Made by a program: the position numbers and the translations under genes. Shown here one piece after another: positions 20,597-28,609 of a stretch of DNA of 64,000 nt. Source of the DNA: Minisyncoccota bacterium. Its GTDB lineage: Bacteria; Patescibacteriota; Minisyncoccia; Phycocordibacterales; JABAAK01. The notes under the pieces were generated by a model. The model saw only the letters and a program-made list of their open reading frames with translations. It did not search any database and was not told the DNA's origin. The stretch lies in contig OZ244141.1 in the NCBI GenBank assembly GCA_965216295.1, positions 429,772 through 493,771 of the forward strand, read 5' to 3'. Positions within the stretch are counted from its first letter, which is position 1; each line of letters opens with the position of its first letter.

Positions 20597-21424
20597 CTAA
20601 AGATCTGCTATGAACGTCATGATGGCTTGTTGCACATTGGGAAAGAAAGCAACATCACTGTGTTTTGCTCCATCAATGAGAACATACTGACTGCCAGAGA
20701 TGCTATCGTGAAGTTTTTTTGAGAAATGTGCTGGGATGGTACGATCAGCGGTACCAGCGATGATAAGGGTGGGGCTTTGTACTGTTTCTAAAATGGCAAT
20801 GTTTGATTTATCCTCTTTGAGTAAAGTGGTGATAGGAAGATACCAGTATATGGAACTTGCAACATCAGCAACTGATGAGAGTGGTGAAATGAGAGTAACG
20901 CCAGAGACGGGATTTCTTGTTTGTACCATAGCAGCATGAGTGGATGCAAAGATGGTGCCCAGACTTCTCCCAACAGAAACAACGTCGGTGTATCCGTTGT
21001 GATCAAGCCATGTGATTGTTTTTGTCACATCCCCCACCATGTGTGATAGTGATGGTGATACTGTTGGATCAAGAAAACTTTCATACTCAACGAATATGAG
21101 TGTGTAATCATCAATGGTCAAGAGAGGTATATACCGAGAACGATGACATACATTCCCTGCATTACCGTGATAGTAGACGATGGCTTTCGTTGGTGATTTT
21201 TCACGAACGAACAGAACAGTGCCTTCCAGATTTATTCTCTTGAAATCATGAAACGCTTCACACTGATGTGCTGAATCTTCTGGTATCGCATCTGGATAAA
21301 AGAGGAGATTGTTTTGATTGAAATAAACGTAAGAGAGGATGATGAGATAACCGAGAAAGAGAAAGACGAATACCTGTGTTAGTTTATTAATACCACCACG
21401 AAAGAATTGTTTGATATTACTCAT
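20597..21424 (-). CDS. Alpha/beta hydrolase (ABHD13-like), membrane anchored
   Basis: YYHGNAG, GRSLG nucleophile, GTAD..IP, GAKH. Confidence 0.9.
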   Translation of the reverse strand: MSNIKQFFRGGINKLTQVFVFLFLGYLIILSYVYFNQNNLLFYPDAIPEDSAHQCEAFHDFKRINLEGTVLFVREKSPTKAIVYYHGNAGNVCHRSRYIPLLTIDDYTLIFVEYESFLDPTVSPSLSHMVGDVTKTITWLDHNGYTDVVSVGRSLGTIFASTHAAMVQTRNPVSGVTLISPLSSVADVASSIYWYLPITTLLKEDKSNIAILETVQSPTLIIAGTADRTIPAHFSKKLHDSISGSQYVLIDGAKHSDVAFFPNVQQAIMTFIADL

Positions 21425-21440
21425 TACTAGTCATACTTAG

Positions 21441-21511
21441 TCGGACCGCCGAGAATCGAACTCGGGCCACACGCACCCCATGCGTGCACACTACCATTAT
21501 GCTACGGTCCG
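21441..21511 (-). tRNA. tRNA-Pro(GGG)
   Basis: CGGACCG/CGGTCCG acceptor; anticodon arm CACGC-ATGGGGT-GCGTG; T arm CCGAG-TTCGATT-CTCGG. Confidence 0.93.
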
Positions 21512-21570
21512 TGTACTTACAACGTACACTGTACTCCGTATACTTTCCAGAATAATGGAAGATTTGAGAT

Positions 21571-22719
21571 TCAGTTGGCTGATGTTCTTGAGTCAGCCAG
21601 CCGAAAGATCAGATGGCTCAGTATAGTTATGGATTCTACCAACTCATCATTAGAGTACATTGTATTTCTAGAATTTTCTGGATGATGAATCTTATTTCTT
21701 ATATATATTGGCAAAATCACGTTATAAGAGATGCCATTATACTGATATTCTTTTGTTCTGAGTTCAGAATCAGCAAGCAATTCTTTAATATGATTTGACG
21801 CCTCTTCCATACCCACGCCAAGATTATGTTTTGTTCCATCCTCTTTATTCCTTATCAATGGAAAAATTTTAGAGAACAGGATTATATGTAACATTTCATC
21901 CTCAACTCCAAACCCAACATGACCCATCTTTACCTCCGTTCTTCCGTTATCTCCCTTATCAAAAGAATATATTTGCGTAGACTCTTCATCGTTCATGTTT
22001 GACCACAAAAAATATGAGTCATGCGTTGACAGTATCACCTGATGCCCATCAGAATTTGCGATTTTTTTTATTGATTTATTTAATATACGTTTAAGTTCAG
22101 GATGTAAAAAAAGTTCTGGTTCTTCAAAAAGAATTAATGTCTCTCTATCATCTTCAGTACCATCTTCAAGTATAGTGTTTTGAATCCTATCAGCATAAAC
22201 CTGTAACAAAGACACTATTAAGAGTCGTTGATATCCCTGCCCTATGCTGTCTAATGATATGTTTTCTCCTTCACTGTCTATATATCCAGTTTTTATATTT
22301 TTTATAAAAGATTTTAGAATTTCTGACTTGTTGATTTGATCAAATTCAATTTTCAAATCTATATTACCTTCTGTTATTGAATTAAACTTAATAGAAACAT
22401 CTTCAAAAACTCTTGTAATAGAGTCTTTTACTCCATCTTCACGAACTAATCTAATGTTCTCACCAATAATGGAAGAGAGGATTTTCATCAAAGAGGCACT
22501 AGTTGAACTCGTTTTAAACATGTCATCGCTCGGATTTACAACATTCGCTTTTATGAAAACAACCTTTATACTATCTTTATATTTTTTTTCAACTGATTCA
22601 AAAAACTTAGTTTTTCCTGTGTTGTTTTTTCCAACGATAACATTTAAATCTTTAAGATTATCTAATTGAAAACCACCAAAAATTGGAGGATTGCTATCTT
22701 CTATCTCTATGTTTTCCAT
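21571..22719 (-). CDS. ABC/AAA_15-type ATPase with C-terminal HEPN-like motif (putative defence effector)
   Basis: Walker A GKNNTGKT, signature IGQGYQ, Walker B LFEEPELFLHP, LSTHD; C-terminal YIRNKIHHPEN. Confidence 0.8.
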   Translation of the reverse strand: MENIEIEDSNPPIFGGFQLDNLKDLNVIVGKNNTGKTKFFESVEKKYKDSIKVVFIKANVVNPSDDMFKTSSTSASLMKILSSIIGENIRLVREDGVKDSITRVFEDVSIKFNSITEGNIDLKIEFDQINKSEILKSFIKNIKTGYIDSEGENISLDSIGQGYQRLLIVSLLQVYADRIQNTILEDGTEDDRETLILFEEPELFLHPELKRILNKSIKKIANSDGHQVILSTHDSYFLWSNMNDEESTQIYSFDKGDNGRTEVKMGHVGFGVEDEMLHIILFSKIFPLIRNKEDGTKHNLGVGMEEASNHIKELLADSELRTKEYQYNGISYNVILPIYIRNKIHHPENSRNTMYSNDELVESITILSHLIFRLADSRTSAN

Positions 22720-22968
22720 ATCTTCAATATAACTTTGATCTTTTTTTTAGCAAACATTGTTTCACATTAAAATAAACATATATGAACACAATTCTAGATA
22801 AACTATCTTTAATTGCTTGTCTCATTAGGCAATTATTTACTTAATTCATGTTAGTTGTTAGGAAAATTAATCGTTATAACTTAGAGTAAAGTATTATTGA
22901 AATCTAAATTTCTCTCTATCTATATTTTCACAGCAACATGCAGCTTTACAATAAAATAGATAATTCTT

Positions 22969-24621
22969 TTATTTTTCTTCCTTAGACAGCAAAGCCTTCA
23001 ACCTACCATTTACATTATCAAATACACTTGTTAATCTATTCTTTGCCTCTTCTGTCAAAAGTGCCGTGTGCATAAGTGCATTACGAATCGGTCTATATTC
23101 TTTTGAATCAATTGGTAAATTATTAGTATCTCCAGCTCTATCTGCTATTTTAGCCAGTGCCGTCATATCTAGATATCCCAGATCTGTTTCATTTTTTCTT
23201 AATTCAATATTAATATTACCGTCTTTTTTATTTTTATATTCCACTTTTTTCAATCTATCAATCTCTATCTTATATTCTTTCTTTATGGTTAATTTATTTT
23301 TCTCAACATATTCTCTAAGTAAGTTTTCTAAAATATAACACTTTGAATATGAAGGAAAATTAAACTTTGATTCTTCTCTGAGATTTTCAAGAAAATCTTT
23401 ATACTCCTCATTTGTTGGTTTGTATTTGTATACATTTTGTATAGCATTAAATAATTCAATAGATTTGCGGTGCTCACCTGTCATTCTCTCATTCTCACTA
23501 TCACCATCTTCTCCAACCTCCTCTCTCCACTCATCCCATTCTTTTAAGATTTTAGGAAGTACTTTCTTTTTAAAGTCCTCAGAGAAAGAATCTATATCTT
23601 GAATATCTTTTTTTATATGCTCTCTTCCTGTTCCAAAAGGATCTTCATTGCCTGAATCAATATGGTCAATGTGTATTTGACCATACAAATAACTTTCTAC
23701 TACTCGGGTAGATGTAATTTTACTTAAAAAATTCTTCTCCCGCAACCTACCATTAACAAAAAGATCAACACCAACACGCTCTTCTAAGTTCAAAGCCTTC
23801 AAATATCTTGGCTTTCTTACAGAAGCTATAAATCCCTTAATTCTATCGTCGACAAAAGTTATTTCCCCTCCTTTTTTAATCTCTGTAAATTCAGATAACA
23901 ATCTGTCTTGAAATTTTACAGTCTTCCACACAAACTGTGTATTACTTGTCAAATCTTTAAGATCTTCATAAGATATAATTTTATCATTAACATGTATTTT
24001 AAAATCTCTATCTATCAGTGAAAATCTGAAATATAAAGCAAGTATTTTTCTCAACTGAGATTCCGATGAAAGTCTCGTTCTAAAATTTTTGAAAAAAAAT
24101 ATTGTTCCTTTCTTGTGGTTTTTGATGTATTGATCAAGAGACTTTAAATCAACAGAAGACAGGTTGTATGTTCCATCCCTATCGTATTTATCTTCCCTTG
24201 CTATTTCGTCATCAAGAGCTTTGTTATTTATTACACCTCCAGTGTACTCTGTGAATTCAGTCTTTGATGCAATACTAATTTCCTCTGATACACTCAATAA
24301 GGCTAACTTTCCTATTCCCTTTCTACCTATATACGGGCGTTTCTTTTTAGGTGAATGCGTTACATAGTTGTTATCACTTATTCTTTTTGTATAACCAACT
24401 TTTAGGAATTTGTGTTGAAAATCTTCTTCTGTCATTCCATGTCCATCATCTTTAATAACAAGAGTTTGTCCCTCTTTATCATAATAGATATAAACATTGT
24501 CTGCATCAGCATCCCACGCATTTGATACCGCTTCTCCTATAATTGTAGAAAAATCCCTATACAGACCTCTACCCAAAAGATTAAGTACATTCAGAGCAAT
24601 TTTGAAAAAAAAATTATGCAT
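22969..24621 (-). CDS. GHKL (MORC/HATPase_c_3-like) ATPase, RM-associated, with C-terminal HEPN/Swt1-like helical domain
   Basis: EAVSNAWDADA, DDGHGM, GRKGIGKLA, KGT, LFVNGRL; C-terminal ENLLRE...RNALMH. Confidence 0.8.
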   Translation of the reverse strand: MHNFFFKIALNVLNLLGRGLYRDFSTIIGEAVSNAWDADADNVYIYYDKEGQTLVIKDDGHGMTEEDFQHKFLKVGYTKRISDNNYVTHSPKKKRPYIGRKGIGKLALLSVSEEISIASKTEFTEYTGGVINNKALDDEIAREDKYDRDGTYNLSSVDLKSLDQYIKNHKKGTIFFFKNFRTRLSSESQLRKILALYFRFSLIDRDFKIHVNDKIISYEDLKDLTSNTQFVWKTVKFQDRLLSEFTEIKKGGEITFVDDRIKGFIASVRKPRYLKALNLEERVGVDLFVNGRLREKNFLSKITSTRVVESYLYGQIHIDHIDSGNEDPFGTGREHIKKDIQDIDSFSEDFKKKVLPKILKEWDEWREEVGEDGDSENERMTGEHRKSIELFNAIQNVYKYKPTNEEYKDFLENLREESKFNFPSYSKCYILENLLREYVEKNKLTIKKEYKIEIDRLKKVEYKNKKDGNINIELRKNETDLGYLDMTALAKIADRAGDTNNLPIDSKEYRPIRNALMHTALLTEEAKNRLTSVFDNVNGRLKALLSKEEK

Positions 24622-25663
24622 ATGATACCCTAAATGTTTTAATTATTGCTTTACCAACAATCCTACCAAGTTCAACAGGAACCGCATTACCTATATGAAT
24701 ACCAATTTGAGTTTTTGATATGTTATTTATATCTTTGAAGAATCTATATTTTTTAGGAAATGTTTGTAATATTGCCCCTTCTCTAAGAGTAAGTGCCCGA
24801 TTCTGAACGGGATGTCCAAATCTGCCTGTTCCGTATCGATTAAACTGAGTTGTTATGGTTGGGCTTGGTTTATCCCAAGCCATCCTTCCGTATACAGAAC
24901 TGTATGTTGAACCACTATTCTTTTTATGACAATTAACCCTCAATTTCTTTGGCCAATCCCTCCAAGTACCTCCTGGTTTTGAGTATTTTATTCTTTCAAT
25001 ATTTATGAGAGTTAGACTTGGTGCAACATGTAAAGGATCTTTTTTATTTACTCTGCCTGGCAACACTCTTGGTAAGTCAGCAATAACATCTCTTACTGAC
25101 TTTTTTTTGTTATTGGCTTCTGGGATATCAATTTCTCCGATGCGCGAAGCTAATAAAACAAGCCTTCTTCTCTTCTGTGGCATTCCATATTTTGAACAAT
25201 TGATGATTTTGTATTTAACATCATATCCCAATTTTAATAAACTGTTCTTAAAATTTGAAAAAACTTTCTGTTTCTCCAAAAGAGGGACGTTTTCCATCGA
25301 GACTATATCAGGTTTTAGTTCTGATACAAGTCGACTAAACTCTTTTAGCAAACTCCATCTAATATCTTCCTTTAAATTTTTATTTTTTCTAATCTTGATA
25401 CTGTGTGTTGAAAAAGTTTGGCAAGGAGCACACCCAACTAATATTTTCACATCTGCACCTCTATAATATTTTTCAAGATCTTTACCTTTTATATTTTTGA
25501 TATCACTCTCTATAAACTTAGAATCATTATTATCTTCGTATGCAAATTTACATGTCACATCATTATCAATCCCAGCACGAACATCTATTCCAGCTTTAAT
25601 AAGTCCGTGGGTTAAGCCACCAATACCACAAAACAAATCAATTGCAACAAACTTCTTATCCAT
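24614..25663 (-). CDS. dcm: DNA (cytosine-5) methyltransferase
   Basis: DLFCGIGG, APCQTFS, MENV, PQKRRRL, RALTLREGAILQTFP, IGNAVP. Confidence 0.96.
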   Translation of the reverse strand: MDKKFVAIDLFCGIGGLTHGLIKAGIDVRAGIDNDVTCKFAYEDNNDSKFIESDIKNIKGKDLEKYYRGADVKILVGCAPCQTFSTHSIKIRKNKNLKEDIRWSLLKEFSRLVSELKPDIVSMENVPLLEKQKVFSNFKNSLLKLGYDVKYKIINCSKYGMPQKRRRLVLLASRIGEIDIPEANNKKKSVRDVIADLPRVLPGRVNKKDPLHVAPSLTLINIERIKYSKPGGTWRDWPKKLRVNCHKKNSGSTYSSVYGRMAWDKPSPTITTQFNRYGTGRFGHPVQNRALTLREGAILQTFPKKYRFFKDINNISKTQIGIHIGNAVPVELGRIVGKAIIKTFRVSYA

Positions 25664-25741
25664 AAATGCATTATAACGCTAGAAACATAACACCTCCGCA
25701 ATAGCGCTGACAGACCATAATGTAGTATAATCATTCAGAAA

Positions 25742-25815
25742 GGGCCCGTAGCTCAGTTGGCTAGAGCACCGGTTTTGCACTCCGGAGGTCGCAGGTTCGA
25801 ACCCTGTCGGGTCCA
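25742..25815 (+). tRNA. tRNA-Ala(TGC)
   Basis: GGGCCCG/CGGGTCC acceptor with G3:U70; anticodon loop TTTGCAC; GGTTCGAACC T loop. Confidence 0.95.
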
Positions 25816-25816
25816 C

Positions 25817-26332
25817 ATGAAGGAAAACATCTTTTTGATAGGAATGAGTGGAGTTGGAAAAAGTTACTATGGAAGGAGAATTGCAAAGGAACTTGGCTTC
25901 TTTTTTATAGACACCGACGATTTGTTAGAGAATCAGTACGGTAATAAAGACAAGTTACTTGATACAGGAGAAGAAAATTTCATGAAAGCTGAAGAAAAAA
26001 TACTCCTCTCCATCCCCCAATCTTTAGAGAAAACAATAGTAGCTTCTGGCGGTAGTTGTATCTATACAAACAAAGGTATGGAACATATAAAAAGGTTTAC
26101 AAACATTGTCTATCTCATGAATTCTATAGAGAACATAGCGGGCAATGTTGAATTAAAAAATCGTGGAGTCGTGGGATTAAGTAGATTAAGCCCAAGAGCA
26201 CTCTTAGAAGAAAGAGCAAATCTCTATGAAAAGTATTCTGATTTTCAGATAGACTTACGGGCATTACAACGCAATCAGAAAAAAGAAGAATCACTAATAC
26301 ATCAACACATCGTAAAAATAGTATCGGTATAG
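25817..26332 (+). CDS. aroK: Shikimate kinase-like protein
   Basis: IFLIGMSGVGKS, FIDTD, IVASGGS, ERANLYEKYSD. Start set at ATG 25817 because ORF-track start 25757 reads through the tRNA. Confidence 0.8.
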   Translation: MKENIFLIGMSGVGKSYYGRRIAKELGFFFIDTDDLLENQYGNKDKLLDTGEENFMKAEEKILLSIPQSLEKTIVASGGSCIYTNKGMEHIKRFTNIVYLMNSIENIAGNVELKNRGVVGLSRLSPRALLEERANLYEKYSDFQIDLRALQRNQKKEESLIHQHIVKIVSV

Positions 26333-26360
26333 GGAGAGCTCATACAAGAATCAATAACAA

Positions 26361-26552
26361 GAAAAACCCTCGTACCATGAGGTAGCGAGGGATAAAGTGT
26401 GCTGAGTCAAGGTGGTGTTGAAAACCCTTGCTACATTAAAACGAAACTAAGATTTACATTACAGGATTAGACCAATTCCTACCAACTATGAAAATAAGAA
26501 CATGGTTTACCCGCAAAAACTCAATAAAGTAATAACGTATCCCCCAGCACGA
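26361..26552 (-). ncRNA. Putative structured ncRNA, unit 1
   Basis: TGc-TACAAT -10 (26558-26566), no clear -35; closing stem GUGCUGGG/CUCAGCAC; terminator hairpin plus U5. Confidence 0.7.
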
Positions 26553-26587
26553 GAGTAATTGTAGCATGAAATATAATATAAAAAAGT

Positions 26588-26708
26588 AAAAACCCTCGTA
26601 CCACGAGGTAACGAGGGGAAATGTGCTGAGTCAAAGTAAAATCAAGCTCGCTTTATTGAGTTTATGGAACTCGTTTTAAACTTGATTAAGACTTAATGTC
26701 CCAGCACC
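26588..26708 (-). ncRNA. Putative structured ncRNA, unit 2 (short)
   Basis: TTGCTT-17-TATAAT with TGn extension (26714-26742); stem GUGCUGGG/CUCAGCAC; internal AAUCAAG/CUUGAUU; terminator. Confidence 0.7.
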
Positions 26709-26740
26709 GAAAAATTATAACATGAGTAGTATAAAAAAGC

Positions 26741-26983
26741 AAATACCCTCGTACCATGAGGTAACGAGGGATAAGGTGGTGTGCTGGGCCGAAAGCGGAA
26801 ATCATCAAAAATCTCCACTACACTAATAACAAACAAGAAAATAGAATGTAGTATATGTAACCTCTCAGCGCTGTCAAATCATTTGTATAAACCACAATAG
26901 AAAACCACGATAGCATATAATTGATTTAAATAAGACCACTTACACTCCTTCGATTGAAAGAATCAATTGTGCCCAACACTCCA
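26741..26983 (-). ncRNA. Putative structured ncRNA, unit 3
   Basis: TTGCTT-17-TATAGT with TGn; stem GGAGUGUUGGGC/GCCCAGCACACC; AUUGAUUCUU motif; terminator. Confidence 0.72.
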
Positions 26984-27015
26984 AAACGACTATAGCACAA
27001 ATAGTATAAAAAAGC

Positions 27016-27223
27016 AAATACCCTCGTACCATGAGGTAACGAGGGATAAAGTGGAGTGTTGGGTCAAAGTGAGATTAAAACCTCACTACATTAAAACAAA
27101 ATTAAGCAAATCGAAGTGCGAAATTTAGAGTTCTCTTATAGAAAACCGTAACGGTAAACTACAATAAGATAAGCAGACTCTACATCAATCTGATTGAAAG
27201 AATCAATTGTGCCCAACACTCCA
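27016..27223 (-). ncRNA. Putative structured ncRNA, unit 4
   Basis: TTGCTT-16-TATAGT with TGn; perfect 12-bp stem UGGAGUGUUGGG/CCCAACACUCCA; long irregular inner hairpin; terminator. Confidence 0.75.
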
Positions 27224-27254
27224 ATACAACTATAGCACAAATAGTATAAAAAGC

Positions 27255-27450
27255 AAATACCCTCGTACCACGAGGTAACGAGGGATAAGTGTGCCAGAAC
27301 GTGAGCCCGTCCATTAACTCAACGCATTAAAAACAAAGGTGAACGTTAGTTTTCTGAAACTTATACATTCATTGAATCCTCGAATGATAAGCAACATTTG
27401 GGGTTTGATTCCCTTACCAACACTACCAAGAATCAATGCTTCTGGCACGA
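27255..27450 (-). ncRNA. Putative structured ncRNA, unit 5
   Basis: TTGCAC-17-TATACT with TGn; stem GUGCCAGAA/UUCUGGCAC (compensatory changes relative to other units); terminator. Confidence 0.75.
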
Positions 27451-27540
27451 CGGTGAGTATAGCATATACAACAGGTGTGTGCAAAAGCAAAAAAGAAATA
27501 TCATATCATGGATCAAGAAAGATAATAGAGAGTTGTATAG

Positions 27541-27734
27541 AAAACCCCCCCCCTGTCGTCAAAAAAAGGGGGGGTGCACTAAGCAAAGTGGATTGTTAAA
27601 CCCATTACATCAAATCAAGGTCAAATCATATAACCAAAGAAACAAGACCTGGTTCCGAGTTGTCAGTAGTTTAAACCTGTATCTTTTTTATTCTAAAATC
27701 TATAACCTTTCCAAGAATCAATGTGCTCAGTACG
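27541..27734 (-). ncRNA. Putative structured ncRNA, unit 6
   Basis: TTCACA-16-TACAAT with TGn; stem GUACUGAGCA/UGCUUAGUGC; C7/G-run terminator plus U4. Confidence 0.7.
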
Positions 27735-27777
27735 ATAGTTATTGTAGCACAGGAAAAAACAATGTGAAGAATTGTAT

Positions 27778-28002
27778 AAAAAAACCCCTCGCTATATGAT
27801 GAGAAACGAGGGGGTACCGAGCAAAATGGACTCCTGGTTAAAGCCCATTAACATTAAATCAAGATCAGATCAGCTAGCTAAAGAAGAAAAATACGGCTTC
27901 CCTGTTGTCAGTGGGTTGTAGTCAGCAGACTACAGTTTGCCTATATTCTCCTGTTACTCTATAACTCTATAATCTTCCCAAGAATCAATGGCGCTCAGTA
28001 CA
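27778..28002 (-). ncRNA. Putative structured ncRNA, unit 7
   Basis: TTGTTC-17-TACAAT with TGn; stem GUACUGAGCG/UGCUCGGUAC; CCCCUCG..CGAGGGG terminator plus U7. Confidence 0.72.
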
Positions 28003-28145
28003 ATGATTATTGTAACATAGGCAAAAAAAATGAACAAGTCACAATTAATAAAAAAGATGGCCACATAAAGTGGGCGTCAGCACTAATTCTATCATTGTTT
28101 TGCTGTGTTAGAATACACGACAGTTATACAAATAAATAAATAGTA

Positions 28146-28601
28146 ATGAAAAATGTAAAAACGATTGTCCTACTCTTTCTTGCCATCGTTATTATCGGCG
28201 TTATTTATGTAGTGACGAAAGAAGATACTAATTACATCGTGCCAGCAACTGAAATAGAAGATGTTGATGTTGCATTAGATTCTGTAGAAAGTGGCTCATA
28301 CATCGCATACACCGATGATGCAGCAAAAGCGGCAGCAACAGAAGGTTCAGCCGTTCTCTTCTTTTATGCATCATGGTGCCCAAGTTGTCGTTTGTTAGAT
28401 AGTAATATTCAATCAAAACTGAAAAACCTACCATCAGAGATTACCATACTCAAGGTTAACTACGACACGCAGGACGATTTGAAAAAGAAGTATAAAATAC
28501 GACGACAGCACACACTCGTTCAGGTTGATGCTTCCCTCAATCAAATTAAGAGCTGGTTTGGGTCTCGTAACATAGCAGACATTGTTGCACAAGTACAGTA
28601 A
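28146..28601 (+). CDS. Membrane-anchored thioredoxin-family protein
   Basis: N-terminal TM; FFYASWCPSC; paired with CcdA-like gene. Confidence 0.9.
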   Translation: MKNVKTIVLLFLAIVIIGVIYVVTKEDTNYIVPATEIEDVDVALDSVESGSYIAYTDDAAKAAATEGSAVLFFYASWCPSCRLLDSNIQSKLKNLPSEITILKVNYDTQDDLKKKYKIRRQHTLVQVDASLNQIKSWFGSRNIADIVAQVQ

Positions 28602-28609
28602 ACGAAAAT

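Larger units (their letters stand above)
26361..28037 (-). repeat. Array of 7 tandem promoter-RNA-terminator units; hairpin CCCTCGTACCAYGAGGTARCGAGGG (+) recurs near 26367, 26593, 26746, 27021, 27260, with diverged copies near 27545 and 27785
   Basis: Near-identical hairpins at irregular 150-290 nt spacing; recurring AAGAATCAAT and ACATTAAAAC blocks (+). Confidence 0.92.

Noticed and set aside
21512-25741. Integrative element with att sites at the flanking tRNAs
   Set aside because: The island abuts the 5' ends of both tRNAs, and I saw no duplicated tRNA 3' end or integrase. Kept only as an AT-rich island.
25757-25816. N-terminal extension MARAPVLHSGG... of the kinase ORF
   Set aside because: It is the tRNA-Ala sequence read in frame.
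26361-27290. CRISPR array interpretation of the repeated ~25-nt palindrome
   Set aside because: Spacing is irregular and far too long (about 150-290 nt), the intervening DNA has promoters and conserved stems, and no cas genes are present. The palindrome behaves as a terminator.
27339-27799. Plus-strand ORFs of 86 and 133 aa inside the array
   Set aside because: Non-ATG starts, no RBS, no recognisable motifs, and they run across antisense promoters and terminators.
26361-28037. Type I toxin peptide array (Ibs/Ldr-like), integron attC cassettes, or REP/BIME elements
   Set aside because: No conserved SD-led hydrophobic ORF in the units I checked (minus-strand ATGs stop within a few codons), no RYYYAAC/GTTRRRY boxes, and no integrase or RAYT/TnpA nearby.
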